64,000 nt of DNA from an uncultured Thermoleophilia bacterium (GTDB lineage Bacteria; Actinomycetota; Thermoleophilia; Gaiellales; Gaiellaceae), in NCBI GenBank assembly GCA_963742135.1, contig CAVUKP010000012.1:4398-68397 (forward strand), written 5' to 3'. Under the pieces are notes generated by a model. It saw only the letters and a list, made by a program, of their open reading frames with translations, did no database searches and had not been told where the DNA came from. Numbering within the stretch: position 1 is the stretch's first letter; every line of letters begins with the position of its first letter. The translations under genes and the position numbers were made by a program. This document shows, piece by piece, positions 45,844-55,804 of this stretch.

Positions 45844-46820
45844 GCGCGAGCGGCTTCGGCGATCGCGTCCGGATCCGGGTCGACGGCGACCGGCGGCGCC
45901 GCGATCCGGTCGACCGCCTCCGGATCCTTCAGGCCGTGGCCGGTGACGACGCACACGACGACCGAGCCCGGCGGTGGGCACCTCGCGAGGAGCGCGGCGA
46001 GGCCGGCCGCCGACGCCGGCTCGCAGAAGACGCCCTCCTCTTGCGCGAGCCGCCGCCAGGCGTCGACGATCGCGTCATCCGCGAGCGCCACGGCCTCACC
46101 GCCCGAGTCCGCGTACGCCTGCTCCGCCTCGGCGCGGTGCGCGGGCTCCGAGATCCGGATCGCGCTCGCGATCGTCTCGCGCCGCCGCTCGGCCGCGCCA
46201 GCGAGGAATCGCGGCAGCTCGCCCACCTCGCGGAACCCGAGCGCGTAGGCGCGCGTGTTCCCGCCGCCACCGTAGGGCAACGCGAGCACGTCGGGCGGGC
46301 GGCCGAGCTCCTCGACGATCTCGAAGGCGGCGGTCTTCTGCCCCTGGAGGCGGTCGGGGTTGACCGAGTTCACGAGCACGTGGGTGCCGCGCTCCGCAAG
46401 CGCCCGGGCCGCCGTCAGCGCCTCGTCGAAGGAGCCGCGCACCTCGAGCACCCGCGCGCCGACCGCGCGGGCCTGCGCCAGCTTCCCGAGGGCGACGGCG
46501 CCTCGCGGTTGCAGGACGACCGCGAGCAGCCCGGCGCGCGCTCCGTACGCGGCGGCCGAGGCGGCCGTGTTGCCGGTCGACGCGCAGATCACCGCCTCGG
46601 CGCCCGCCGCGACAGCCCTCGAGACGGCGACGGTCATCCCGCGGTCCTTGAAGCTCCCGGTCGGGTTCGCGCCCTCCCACTTCAGCCACAGCTCGATGCC
46701 GAGCTCCTCCCCCAGCCGCCGAGCCGGAAGGAGCGGCGTCGAGCCCTCGCCGAGCGAGATCACGGCGTCGCCGGGCCCCAGGGGAAGCCGGTCGCGGTAG
46801 CGCTCGACGAGCGGGATCAA
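45840..46820 (-). CDS. thrC: threonine synthase
   Basis: 326 aa. The PLP lysine sits in GANPTGSFKDRG. Confidence 0.85.
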   Translation of the reverse strand: MIPLVERYRDRLPLGPGDAVISLGEGSTPLLPARRLGEELGIELWLKWEGANPTGSFKDRGMTVAVSRAVAAGAEAVICASTGNTAASAAAYGARAGLLAVVLQPRGAVALGKLAQARAVGARVLEVRGSFDEALTAARALAERGTHVLVNSVNPDRLQGQKTAAFEIVEELGRPPDVLALPYGGGGNTRAYALGFREVGELPRFLAGAAERRRETIASAIRISEPAHRAEAEQAYADSGGEAVALADDAIVDAWRRLAQEEGVFCEPASAAGLAALLARCPPPGSVVVCVVTGHGLKDPEAVDRIAAPPVAVDPDPDAIAEAARA

Positions 46821-46821
46821 C

Positions 46822-48126
46822 CTACGACCACCCGAGCCCCGAGACGCCGCGGTCCGAGATCACGGGGAGCACGGACGGCACGGCGCGGCACTCGGGCAGC
46901 GCGGTGATCTCCGCGAGCGCCGCCTCGACGTCGCCCGCGGCTGACTCGTGGGTCACGACGTGGATGGACGCGCCGCCCTCGTGCTCGTGCTGGATCAGCC
47001 GCGCGACCGAGACGCCGTGGCCGGACAGGCGTAGCGCGACGTGCGCGAGCACGCCGGGGACGTCGTCGACCTCGAGGTGGAAGTAGAACGGCGAGCGCAC
47101 GTCACCAGGCGGAAGCGCCTCGAGCTCGCGCCAGCAGGCATCGTTCTGGAGGAAGCCGGTACCGCTGGTGCCGATCACGCTCACGATGTCGGCGACGACC
47201 GCGGACGCGGTCTCGATCCCGCCGGCGCCCGGGCCGGCGAGCGTGATCTCGCGGATCGCGTCGCCCTGCACCATCACCGCGTTGAACGCGCCGTCGACGC
47301 TCGCGAGTGGATGCTGGCGGTCGACCATCGACGGCTGCACGCGCACGTCGTAGCGACCGTCGACGAGGGTGGCCGCGCCGACGAGACGAACGACCATCTC
47401 GAGCTCCCGTGCGGCTGCGACGTGGAGCCGCGTCACACCCTCGATCCCGCGATGCTGCACCTCGTCGGGCGTCACGCGCGCGCCGAAGGCGACGGTCGCG
47501 AGGATCGCCATCTTCGCCGCGGCGTCCGCTCCGGAGACGTCGTCGGTCGGGTCGGCCTCTGCGTACCCGAGCTCCTGCGCCGCGGCGAGCGCTCCCGCGT
47601 AGTCGGCGCCGGCTTCCATCTGCGTGAGGATGAAGTTGGTCGTCCCGTTCACGATGCCGAGGACGCGGTGCACGTTCGAGACGACAAGCGCCTCGCGCAG
47701 CACCTTCACGACCGGGATCGCGGCGCACACCGCCGCCTCGAACCGGAGCTGGACACCGGCGTCCGACGCGGCGGCGAACAGCTCGGCACCGTGCCGCGCG
47801 ACGAGCTGCTTGTTCGCGGAGACGACCGGCCGCCGCGCCGCCAGGAGCTCCTTCACGTAGGTCGCGGCCGGGTCCAGCCCGCCCATCAGCTCGGCGACGA
47901 GCGCGATCGAGGAGTCATCGCGTATCTCGCGGAAGTCGGTCGTGAAGATCTCGCGCGGCGCGCCGGTGCGTTCCTTCGCGCCGTCGCGCACCAGGGCGCG
48001 GACCACGCGAACGCGGTGGCCCGTCGCACGCTCGATGTCGTCGCCGCTTTCCTCGAGCAGCCGGTGGACGGCGGCGCCGACGGTGCCGTAGCCGAGGAGC
48101 GCGATGGGGACGTCGACCGAAGTCAC
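46822..48126 (-). CDS. hom: homoserine dehydrogenase
   Basis: ORF 46822..48255, with the GTG at 48126. NAD motif LLGYGTVG. It has the catalytic domain and a C-terminal ACT domain. Confidence 0.9.
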   Translation of the reverse strand: MTSVDVPIALLGYGTVGAAVHRLLEESGDDIERATGHRVRVVRALVRDGAKERTGAPREIFTTDFREIRDDSSIALVAELMGGLDPAATYVKELLAARRPVVSANKQLVARHGAELFAAASDAGVQLRFEAAVCAAIPVVKVLREALVVSNVHRVLGIVNGTTNFILTQMEAGADYAGALAAAQELGYAEADPTDDVSGADAAAKMAILATVAFGARVTPDEVQHRGIEGVTRLHVAAARELEMVVRLVGAATLVDGRYDVRVQPSMVDRQHPLASVDGAFNAVMVQGDAIREITLAGPGAGGIETASAVVADIVSVIGTSGTGFLQNDACWRELEALPPGDVRSPFYFHLEVDDVPGVLAHVALRLSGHGVSVARLIQHEHEGGASIHVVTHESAAGDVEAALAEITALPECRAVPSVLPVISDRGVSGLGWS

Positions 48127-48284
48127 CCGCGCGATGCTAGTGGTCTGACCGGAAGCGTCGCACTGCGGCGCTGAGGGGAACCTACCCGGCGCCGGCCTTC
48201 CTCTGCTCAGCCCGGTCACGACGTGCAGGCGCCTCGCCGCCGCGCAATCTGCCAAGAAGCGGAGCCGATCTCAACCCCTGCGCG

Positions 48285-49433
48285 TCAGGCCTCCCCGGTG
48301 AGCTCGCGGACCCGCACGTGCTCTGTGAGCAGGCGCCGGAACCGGACAGGATCCGCGTCCACGAACGCGCGGACGAGGTCGCCGCCGGCGCTGTACGTGA
48401 TCACGTACGCGCGCCACGTCGGGTCGGTGACGAAGCGGACCGATTGCCTGGCGAGCTCGGGTGTCGTGAGCGACCAGCGCCGCGCGTAGCTCTCGGCGTC
48501 ATCGTGTGAGGCGCCCTCCTCGTGGAGCATCAGAGCTAGGTCGAGGCCGATGCGCCGCAGCGGCTGCGCCGCCTCTCGCACGGCCGCCGCACGGGGATCG
48601 ACGGTGAGCCCGTGCCGGCGGAGGATCGCGACCAGCGCCGCCGCGTCCTGCGGCTCGACGAGCTCCCGCGCGGTCTCGGCGATACCTTCGCTCAGCACGG
48701 CCTGCGGCGTCGGGACGAGCTGGATCGCCTCCTCGACGAGGCCGCGCTCGCGCACGAGCAGCTGCTCCTTGAGCGCGTGCTCGGTGTGGTGGCCGGGATA
48801 CACCTCGTGCGAGGCGAGCTCGATCAGGTCGTCGGCGGTCGTCGGGAGGTCGGTGTTGACGACGACGCGGCTGCGGAGACCGCCGAGGTAGTAGTTGAAC
48901 GCCCACCACGGCTCGTCGCTCACCTCCTCGAGCTCGAGGCCCTCTCCGTCCGGGAGCTCGACGAGCGCCTCCGTCCGCGCGCGCAGCTCGGCGACGATCT
49001 CGCGGAACGCAGGCAGCAGCCTCGCCGCCGGAACGGACTGAGACCGGCGGAACGCCTCCCGTCGTTCAGCGAGCGTGCCGTCGCCGGGAAGCAGCTCGTC
49101 CAGGCGCTCGTGCGCTGCGGCGTACGCCTCCGGCGTCGGCGGCGTCGGACGGACGCCGTAGCAGCCCTCGACCTCGTCGGAGTACGACACCTTCTCCCCC
49201 GCGAGCACCCGCGCGTATGTCGCCAGCCCGCGAACCTGGTCGCCGAGCCAGCCGTCGCCGACGTCCGCGAGCAGCGCCTCGCCGTCCGCCGCGAGCGCGT
49301 CGGGCCGCGCCGGCGGCGCCGCGTCGACCTGCCGCTTCAGCTCGGGCGGGCCGTAGTAGGCGTCGACAAGCCCGTCGATGTGCCGCCCGAGGCGAAGACC
49401 GAGCGTGAGGTATCTCTCCGCCGCCGTCACCAC
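48285..49433 (-). CDS. DUF885-family protein (HExxPGHH motif)
   Basis: ORF 48285..49727, with the GTG at 49433. It contains HEVYPGHHTEH. Confidence 0.6.
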   Translation of the reverse strand: MVTAAERYLTLGLRLGRHIDGLVDAYYGPPELKRQVDAAPPARPDALAADGEALLADVGDGWLGDQVRGLATYARVLAGEKVSYSDEVEGCYGVRPTPPTPEAYAAAHERLDELLPGDGTLAERREAFRRSQSVPAARLLPAFREIVAELRARTEALVELPDGEGLELEEVSDEPWWAFNYYLGGLRSRVVVNTDLPTTADDLIELASHEVYPGHHTEHALKEQLLVRERGLVEEAIQLVPTPQAVLSEGIAETARELVEPQDAAALVAILRRHGLTVDPRAAAVREAAQPLRRIGLDLALMLHEEGASHDDAESYARRWSLTTPELARQSVRFVTDPTWRAYVITYSAGGDLVRAFVDADPVRFRRLLTEHVRVRELTGEA

Positions 49434-49499
49434 GCGAACGTACCGACTCGACCGCCGGCCCCGTTGCCGCACCGGCTGCCGCGCTGTACCTTCGGCGGC

Positions 49500-50417
49500 G
49501 TGAGTGGGCGCGAGGGCAGGATCCCGTTCCGCGTCGACGGGACGAGCGCCGAGACGTGGTTCCGCGTCACCGGTGAGCCCGGCGGCGGCGACGGGCCTGC
49601 GCCGCTCGTCGTGCTCCACGGCGGCCCCGGCGCAACGCACGACTACCTCCTCTCTCTCGCGGACCTCGCCGGGGACGGACGCGAGGTGATCCACTACGAC
49701 CAGCTCGGGAACGGCCGCAGCACTCACTTACCGGACCGCGGCGCCGACTTCTGGACCGTCGACCTGTTCGTCCGCGAGCTGCACAACCTCGTCGACGGCC
49801 TCGGCGTCCGCGACCGCCACCATGTCCTCGGCCAGTCGTGGGGCGGCTTCCTCGCGCAGGAGTACGCGCTCACGCACCCGGACGGGCTGCAGTCACTCGT
49901 CCTGGCCGATACGGCCGCGTCGTTCCCGGACTTCGTCGCCGAGGCCAACGGGCTGCGGGCCGACCTCCCGCCCGAGGTCGAGGCGACGCTCCGGCGCCAC
50001 GAGGCCGCCGGGACGACCGAAGACCCGGAGTACGCGGAGGCCTGCGGCGTCTTCTACGCACGGCACGTCTGCCGCCTCGACCCGTGGCCCGAGGAACTCG
50101 TCGAGGCGTTCGCGTGGATCGACCGCGACCCGACCGTCTACCACACGATGAACGGGCCGAGCGAGTTCCACGTCATCGGCTCGATCCGGGACTGGCAGGC
50201 GAAGGACCGGCTGGGGGAGATCGACGTGCCGACGCTGATCGTCTCCGGTCGCCACGACGAGGCGACGCCGGCGCTGCAGGAGACGCTCCTCGCCGGGATC
50301 TTCGGCTCGGAGTGGGTCGTGTTCGAGGATTCCTCGCACACACCGCACCTCGAGGAGCGCGAGCGGTACCTGGAGGTCGTCGGCGACTGGCTCGCGCGGC
50401 ACGACTCGACGCGATGA
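49500..50417 (+). CDS. proline iminopeptidase-family alpha/beta hydrolase
   Basis: Tail of ORF 48612..50417, with the GTG at 49500. It contains [10 protein letters not shown], the nucleophile elbow GQSWGG, and a C-terminal SSHTPHLE. Confidence 0.8.
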   Translation: MSGREGRIPFRVDGTSAETWFRVTGEPGGGDGPAPLVVLHGGPGATHDYLLSLADLAGDGREVIHYDQLGNGRSTHLPDRGADFWTVDLFVRELHNLVDGLGVRDRHHVLGQSWGGFLAQEYALTHPDGLQSLVLADTAASFPDFVAEANGLRADLPPEVEATLRRHEAAGTTEDPEYAEACGVFYARHVCRLDPWPEELVEAFAWIDRDPTVYHTMNGPSEFHVIGSIRDWQAKDRLGEIDVPTLIVSGRHDEATPALQETLLAGIFGSEWVVFEDSSHTPHLEERERYLEVVGDWLARHDSTR

Positions 50418-50424
50418 AGCGGCG

Positions 50425-51618
50425 CTACGCGGGCCGCTCGAACAGCGCCGCCTGCCCCTGGCCGACGCCGACGCACATCGTCACGAGGCCCCGGCATGCG
50501 TTGCGGCGGCGGAGCTCGTGGATCATCGTCGTCGCCAGCCGAGCGCCGCTCATCCCGAGCGGGTGGCCGATCGCGATCGCGCCTCCGTTCACGTTCAGCT
50601 TCTCCTCGTCGATCCCGAGCTCCCGCGCACACGCGAGCACCTGCGACGCGAACGCCTCGTTGATCTCGACCAGGTCGACGTCGTCGAGCGAGACGCCCGT
50701 GCGCTCGAGCAGCTTGCGCACCGCCGGGACCGGCCCGACGCCCATGACGCGCGGGTCGACACCGGCCACCGCCGAGCCTGCGAACGCGGCCAGCGGCTCG
50801 ACCCCCAGCTCGCGCGCCCTCTCCTCGGAAGCGACCACGAGCGCCGCTGCGCCGTCGTTGAGGCCGGACGAGTTGCCGGCGGTGACGGTTCCACCGGATC
50901 GGAAGGCGGGCCTGAGCGTCGCGAGCTTCTCGAGGGTCGTCCCCGGGCGAGGATGCTCGTCGCGCTCGAGATCCCCGGCCGGGACGAGCTCGTCGTCGAA
51001 GCGCGCGGCATCGGCCGCCTCGGCCCAGCGCCGCTGCGATCGGAGCGCGTACGCGTCCTGGTCCTCGCGGGAGACGCTCCAGCGGGTCGCGACGTTCTCG
51101 CCTGTCTGGCCCATCGTCTCGAGCGGGTAGAGCTCCTCCAGCCGCGGGTTGGGGAAGCGCCAGCCGAGCGTCGAGTCGTACATGACGCGGTCGCCGCGCG
51201 GGAACGCCGCGTCGGGCTTCGCGGTGACGAGCGGCGCGCGTGACATCGACTCGACGCCGCCGGCGACGAAGAGGTCACCGTCACCGGCGATCACGGCGTG
51301 ACACGCGCCGACGATCGCCGCGAGCCCGGACGCACAGAGCCGGTTGACCGTCACGCCGCCGATCGAGTCCGGCAGCCCGGCGAGCAGCACGGCCATCCGC
51401 GCCACGTTGCGGTTGTCCTCGCCGGCCCCGTTCGCGCAGCCGAGCCAGACATCCTCGACCTGCTCCTCCGGCACGCCCGCGCGCTCGATCGCCGCCCGCA
51501 CGACGAGCGCGGCGAGGTCGTCCGGTCGGACGCCTGCGAGGCCGCCGCCGTAGCGTCCGACGGGCGTCCGCACGGCGCTGAGGACGACGGCGCGAGAGGC
51601 TTGATGCGGATTAGGCAT
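50425..51618 (-). CDS. acetyl-CoA C-acyltransferase (thiolase; PaaJ/FadA-like)
   Basis: ORF 50425..51738, with the ATG at 51618. It contains the active-site Cys in [15 protein letters not shown] and GHPLGMSG, and ends in CVGVGQG. Confidence 0.9.
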   Translation of the reverse strand: MPNPHQASRAVVLSAVRTPVGRYGGGLAGVRPDDLAALVVRAAIERAGVPEEQVEDVWLGCANGAGEDNRNVARMAVLLAGLPDSIGGVTVNRLCASGLAAIVGACHAVIAGDGDLFVAGGVESMSRAPLVTAKPDAAFPRGDRVMYDSTLGWRFPNPRLEELYPLETMGQTGENVATRWSVSREDQDAYALRSQRRWAEAADAARFDDELVPAGDLERDEHPRPGTTLEKLATLRPAFRSGGTVTAGNSSGLNDGAAALVVASEERARELGVEPLAAFAGSAVAGVDPRVMGVGPVPAVRKLLERTGVSLDDVDLVEINEAFASQVLACARELGIDEEKLNVNGGAIAIGHPLGMSGARLATTMIHELRRRNACRGLVTMCVGVGQGQAALFERPA

Positions 51619-51758
51619 GCGCCGTGGGGCTGTTCGAGGCCAAGCCAGGGTGGCTCGGCGCCCGAGGGCCAGGCCGGTGGGCCTGGTCGAGGGCGACGAG
51701 ACGGCCTGGCGCAGCGCCTGGGGCGGCACCGCGGTCACGGTTAATGCGCATCAAGCCT

Positions 51759-52577
51759 CTATGCAACGAAGTCGGCGACGGCGCCCGCCCCGGCACGCCG
51801 CAGCAGCTCGTCGACGGCCTGCCGCCCCTCCGTGCCGTAGTCGCACGTCAGGTCGTTCACGTACATCGCGACGAACTCGTCGGTCGTCTGCACGTCCAGG
51901 CCGCGGCCGAACTGCATCGCGTAGCGCATCGCCTCGGCGCGGTTGTCGAGGCCGCAGCCGATCGCGTCGCGGAGGACGGCGGAGATGTCCTGCACCGCCT
52001 CGCCGAGATCGCGGCGAACGGCATTGACTCCGAGCGGGAGCGGGAGCCCTGTCTCGAGAAGCCACCACTCGCCGAGGTCGAGTGACTTGCGCAGCCCTGC
52101 CGCGGCGTACGTGAGCTGCCCCTCGTGGATGAGGAGCCCGGCGTCCGCGCGGCCCGAGGCGACCTCGTCCAGGATCTCGTCGAACGGAAGGTCGCGGACG
52201 CGCACATCGTCGCCGAGCGCGAGGCGCAACACGAGGTAGGCCGTCGTCATCCGCCCCGGAATCACGATCTCGCGCTCACGCAGCTCCTCCGGTCGGACCT
52301 CGTCACGCGTCACGACGATCGGGCCGTACCCGGACCCCATCGACGCGCCGTGGGGCAGGAGCGCGTACCGCTCGGCGACAGCCGGGTACGCGCCGAGGGA
52401 GATCGCGGTCACCTCGAGCCGCCCTTCGAGCGCCCACTCGTTGAGCGTCTGGATGTCGCTGACGACGCTCTCGAACTGGAGGCCGCGCGCGTCGACGCGG
52501 CCGGCGTCGACCGCCCAGAACATGAACGCGTCGTCGGGATCCGCGCTGTGACCGACCCGAATCAGCACGCGCGGCAC
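51759..52577 (-). CDS. MqnA/MqnD-family protein (futalosine-pathway-like periplasmic-binding fold)
   Basis: ORF 51759..52601. I prefer the GTG at 52577 (VPRVLIRVGHSADPDDAFMFWA), because 52601 would abut the divergent dtxR-like start at 52604. Confidence 0.6.
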   Translation of the reverse strand: MPRVLIRVGHSADPDDAFMFWAVDAGRVDARGLQFESVVSDIQTLNEWALEGRLEVTAISLGAYPAVAERYALLPHGASMGSGYGPIVVTRDEVRPEELREREIVIPGRMTTAYLVLRLALGDDVRVRDLPFDEILDEVASGRADAGLLIHEGQLTYAAAGLRKSLDLGEWWLLETGLPLPLGVNAVRRDLGEAVQDISAVLRDAIGCGLDNRAEAMRYAMQFGRGLDVQTTDEFVAMYVNDLTCDYGTEGRQAVDELLRRAGAGAVADFVA

Positions 52578-52603
52578 GCTACCAGCGGGGATACGCTCCA
52601 CCG

Positions 52604-53050
52604 GTGACGAAGGCGCCCCTGTCGGAGGCGATCCAGGACTACCTGAAGGCGATCTACACGCTCGAGGAGGCGGACGGGCGCGTGACGATCACTGCTCTCT
52701 CCCGCGCTCAGGGCGTCTCGCCCGCGTCGGCCTCCTCGATGGTCAAGAAGCTCGCCGCGCTCGATCTCCTGTCGCACGAGCCGTACCGCGGCGTCCACCT
52801 CACAGACGCGGGCCGGCGTGTCGCGCTCGAGGTGATCCGCCACCATCGGCTGCTCGAGCTCTATCTCGCCGAGACGCTCGGCCTGGCCGTCGACGACGTC
52901 CACGAAGAAGCCGACCGCCTGGAGCACGTCATCTCGGAGGAGCTGGAGGCAAGGATCGACCGCGCGCTCGGGTACCCGACGCACGACCCGCACGGCGACC
53001 CGATTCCGGACGCGAACCTCAAATGGCCGACGGCCGCAAAAACGCCGTAG
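52604..53050 (+). CDS. DtxR/MntR family metal-dependent transcriptional regulator (short form)
   Basis: 148 aa. It contains IQDYLKAIYTLEE, an HTH, and the metal ligand region HEEADRLEH. Confidence 0.85.
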   Translation: MTKAPLSEAIQDYLKAIYTLEEADGRVTITALSRAQGVSPASASSMVKKLAALDLLSHEPYRGVHLTDAGRRVALEVIRHHRLLELYLAETLGLAVDDVHEEADRLEHVISEELEARIDRALGYPTHDPHGDPIPDANLKWPTAAKTP

Positions 53051-53131
53051 GAAGCCACCCGAGCGACTCCGGTCTACGGCCTGATAGCGAAGGACGAGCC
53101 GCCGCGCGCGGCCAAGTGTCGGAAGGGGCGC

Positions 53132-53473
53132 CTAACGGCCGAAGAAGTAGCGCTCCAGCGGCTCGAGGAGCTCCTGGCGGCGGAACGGCATCACCTTCGC
53201 GCCCGAGCCGTCGTGCTCCGAGACGACGAAGTCGTCCTCGAGCGTCGCGTTCGCGAACTGGAGGCAGTCGTCGAGCTCGTGGCCCTCCCACACGTAGTCG
53301 TCGATCCGGGCCTCCTGCGAGGACCGGTGCTGGGGGTTCACCATTCGCCCGACAGCCCAGACGGCGCCCGGCCGGCGCTCGATCCAGACCACGATCCGCT
53401 CGTCGCGGCCCTCGTCATCGCGACCCGACACGACGCGCTCGGCGAAGCGCCCCGCGGTCGTCTTGGGCTTCAC
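53132..53473 (-). CDS. hypothetical protein
   Basis: ORF 53132..53503. I prefer the GTG at 53473, which lies 6 nt downstream of a TATAGT -10-like hexamer. I recognise no family. Confidence 0.45.
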   Translation of the reverse strand: MKPKTTAGRFAERVVSGRDDEGRDERIVVWIERRPGAVWAVGRMVNPQHRSSQEARIDDYVWEGHELDDCLQFANATLEDDFVVSEHDGSGAKVMPFRRQELLEPLERYFFGR

Positions 53474-53479
53474 GACTCG

Positions 53480-53489
53480 ACTATACAAT
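53480..53489. promoter_or_regulatory. back-to-back -10-like hexamers (ACTATACAAT) serving two divergent, probably leaderless genes
   Basis: TACAAT lies 7 nt upstream of the ATG at 53497 on the plus strand. TATAGT lies 6 nt upstream of the GTG at 53473 on the minus strand. This is an AT-rich island in 70% GC DNA. Confidence 0.4.
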
Positions 53490-53496
53490 CGGGCCG

Positions 53497-53745
53497 ATGG
53501 CACGGTTCAGCGACTTCCTCCGCAACCCGTTCTCGTTCCTGTTCGCGCGGTCGCAGAACGAGGACCGGATCGCCCAGTACGTGATCCGGGAGCACCACCG
53601 CGGCCGGGACCTGAACGAGATCCTCGAGGACAACTACGTCAAGAACCGCTGCACGCCCGCGCAGGTCCAGCGGCTGCTGGATCGGCCCGAGATCGTGCAC
53701 GCGATCGGCAACGACATGATCAGCCGGGCGCGCTCGACCGCCTAG
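53497..53745 (+). CDS. small hypothetical protein (82 aa)
   Basis: Tail of ORF 53023..53745 (MARFSDFLRNPFSFLFARSQNEDRIAQYVIREHHRGRDLNEILEDNYVKNRC...). The amino-acid composition is balanced and protein-like. Confidence 0.5.
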   Translation: MARFSDFLRNPFSFLFARSQNEDRIAQYVIREHHRGRDLNEILEDNYVKNRCTPAQVQRLLDRPEIVHAIGNDMISRARSTA

Positions 53746-53748
53746 CGA

Positions 53749-54681
53749 TCAAAGCTCGCGACCGACCCCCTGCTCCCGCGCCAGCTGCACCACGCGGGCG
53801 GCCGCGGCGAGGTCCCAGGCGGCGATCCCGCTCGACTTGAAGACGATCACGTCTTCCGGCGCGCTGCGCCCCTGTACCTCCCCGGCGACGACCTCCTGGA
53901 GCTCGTGCACCTCGAGCCAGTCGAGGACGCCGCGCTCGACCGGCTCGATCAGGTCGCCCGCCTCGAGCCGGGCCTGGTCGCGCGAGTCGCAGCAGACGAA
54001 GGTCGCGCGCTCGAGCACCGCGTTGTCGAGCTCGCGCGCTGCCGGATCGTTCGCGCCCACGGCGCAGACGAGGGCGCCGTCGTGGAGCCAGTCGCCGCGC
54101 AGGACGGGATCCCTGGACGTCGTCACGGTCACGACGACGTCCTGCTCGCCCGCCTCGGCCTGCGTTTCCGCCGGCGTGCAGTCGTTCGCCGCGCAGAAGC
54201 GTGCCAGGCGCTCCTCGTTGCGGCAGAACGCGATGACGCGCTCAATGCCGGGCAGCGCGGCGCGAAGGCAAGCGACGTGCGATTCGGCCTGACGGCCGCA
54301 GCCGATCACGCCGACGGTCGCAGCGCCCGGTCGCGCGAGGTGCCGGGCGGCCACCGCCGAGGCAGCTCCGGTCCGGAGCTCACCCAGGCGCTCGGCCTCG
54401 ACGACGGCCTCGACGCGCGCGTGCTCGAGCGAGAACAGCACGACGAGGAACGGCGTTCCGAGCGGCGCCAGCCACGCGTAGCTCTTCACGGCCGCGAGCC
54501 CGAGGGCGGCGTCGACGCACGGCATCACGGCGAACTGACCGTCCTCGACGTCGATCTTCTCGCGCGGACGGTTCACGACGTCGCCCCGCGCGAGGCGATG
54601 GAACGACGCCTCCACCGCCTCGACCGCGTCGAGCGGAGACAGGAGGTCGCCGACCTCGGCCTCCGTGAGGAAGAGCGGCAC
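53749..54681 (-). CDS. ornithine cyclodeaminase / mu-crystallin family protein
   Basis: 310 aa. Rossmann motif VGVIGCGRQA. Confidence 0.85.
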   Translation of the reverse strand: MPLFLTEAEVGDLLSPLDAVEAVEASFHRLARGDVVNRPREKIDVEDGQFAVMPCVDAALGLAAVKSYAWLAPLGTPFLVVLFSLEHARVEAVVEAERLGELRTGAASAVAARHLARPGAATVGVIGCGRQAESHVACLRAALPGIERVIAFCRNEERLARFCAANDCTPAETQAEAGEQDVVVTVTTSRDPVLRGDWLHDGALVCAVGANDPAARELDNAVLERATFVCCDSRDQARLEAGDLIEPVERGVLDWLEVHELQEVVAGEVQGRSAPEDVIVFKSSGIAAWDLAAAARVVQLAREQGVGREL

Positions 54682-54682
54682 C

Positions 54683-55132
54683 CTACGAACCGGACTTCTT
54701 GATGAACGTGATCTCGCCGGTCGTCTCGAGGATCGCCCACTCGACCTCCGACAGCGACGCGATGTTCTGCTTGCGCGCGCTCTCGAACACCTCGTCGGGC
54801 AGCAGTCGCTCGCGGCGCAGGTTGCCGTCGATCAGGCCGCCGGCCTGCACCAGCACGATCGGCTCGCCCTCGAGCGGCACCTGCAGGACGCGGGTCCACC
54901 TGAAGCTCGACCACGACACGAGCGTCTGGAGAATCGCGATCGTCCCGGCGGCGAGGATCAGGCCGGTCACCGAGAAGTCGTTCTGGGTGACGCCTTGCTG
55001 GATCAGATCGCCGATCACGACGAGCATGATCAGATCGAACGGCTCGAGGCTCGAGAGCTCGCGGCGCCCGACGATCCTCATCAGGAGGAGGATGAAGCCG
55101 TACGCGATCGTTGCGCGGATGACGATGTCCAT
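54683..55132 (-). CDS. DUF421 (YetF-like) membrane protein
   Basis: 149 aa (LMRIVGRRELSSLEPFDLIMLVVIGDL...). Confidence 0.7.
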   Translation of the reverse strand: MDIVIRATIAYGFILLLMRIVGRRELSSLEPFDLIMLVVIGDLIQQGVTQNDFSVTGLILAAGTIAILQTLVSWSSFRWTRVLQVPLEGEPIVLVQAGGLIDGNLRRERLLPDEVFESARKQNIASLSEVEWAILETTGEITFIKKSGS

Positions 55133-55139
55133 CAGCGGG

Positions 55140-55670
55140 TCACGGCCAGATCGTGATCGTGCGGTGGATGTTCAGCAGCTTGCGCTCCCCGTCGTAGAGC
55201 TCCACGTCCTGCGACCGCCGTCCGACCGTGGTCGGGTTGACCTGGAACTGCATGTAGAGGACGAAACGCTCGCCCGCGGGGACGTGGCCGAGGTCGAACG
55301 ACAGCGACCCGTTCCGCGACGCCTCGCCGATCGGGGCCGGCTCGATCGTGTTGATCGTGATCCCCTCGATCCAGCCCTGGCTGAGGACGAGCGTCGCCTT
55401 CGCGAGGTCCTGCCGCGCCTCGACCGTCAAGCGGCCCTCGAACAGGAGCCCGCTGCGGACACGCGTCGGCGCGTAGACCTTCAGCTTCGCCGCTGCACCG
55501 GCCGCCTCGGCGCCCGACGGACGCTGGCCGAACACGTTGAAAAGCGCGAGCACGAGGATCCCTCCGACGAGGACGAGCAGGACGCGGCGGGCCCACGGGT
55601 GCCATTCGCGGCCGCGGAGGTCGCGGTGCCGTCCGAGCTTGATCCCGTCTGGGGCCTGAGCCTCGGCCAC
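55140..55670 (-). CDS. hypothetical single-pass membrane protein
   Basis: 176 aa. TM segment VLLVLVGGILVLALFNVF. Confidence 0.5.
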   Translation of the reverse strand: MAEAQAPDGIKLGRHRDLRGREWHPWARRVLLVLVGGILVLALFNVFGQRPSGAEAAGAAAKLKVYAPTRVRSGLLFEGRLTVEARQDLAKATLVLSQGWIEGITINTIEPAPIGEASRNGSLSFDLGHVPAGERFVLYMQFQVNPTTVGRRSQDVELYDGERKLLNIHRTITIWP

Positions 55671-55731
55671 GGCGTAGGGTTCGCCCGCCGGTCGCGGGGT
55701 CCTGCGCCCGCGGCTACACTGTCGCGTCCTC

Positions 55732-55804
55732 GCGCCCGTAGCTCAGGGGATAGAGCGCTGCCCTGCGGAGGCAGAGGTCGCACGTTCGAATCGTGCCGGG
55801 CGCA
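55732..55804 (+). tRNA. tRNA-Arg, anticodon read as GCG
   Basis: Manual cloverleaf: acceptor GCGCCCG/CGGGCGC, D arm GCTC-AGGGGATA-GAGC, anticodon arm CTGCC-CTGCGGA-GGCAG, variable loop AGGTC, T arm GCACG-TTCGAAT-CGTGC, discriminator A. No encoded CCA. Confidence 0.85.

Noticed and set aside
51737-51752. AT-rich near-palindrome TTAATGCGCATCAA upstream of the thiolase gene, as a possible operator.
   Set aside because: - It is a single imperfect copy.
- It has no second site and no adjacent regulator to tie it to.
- It could equally be part of a -35/-10 region.
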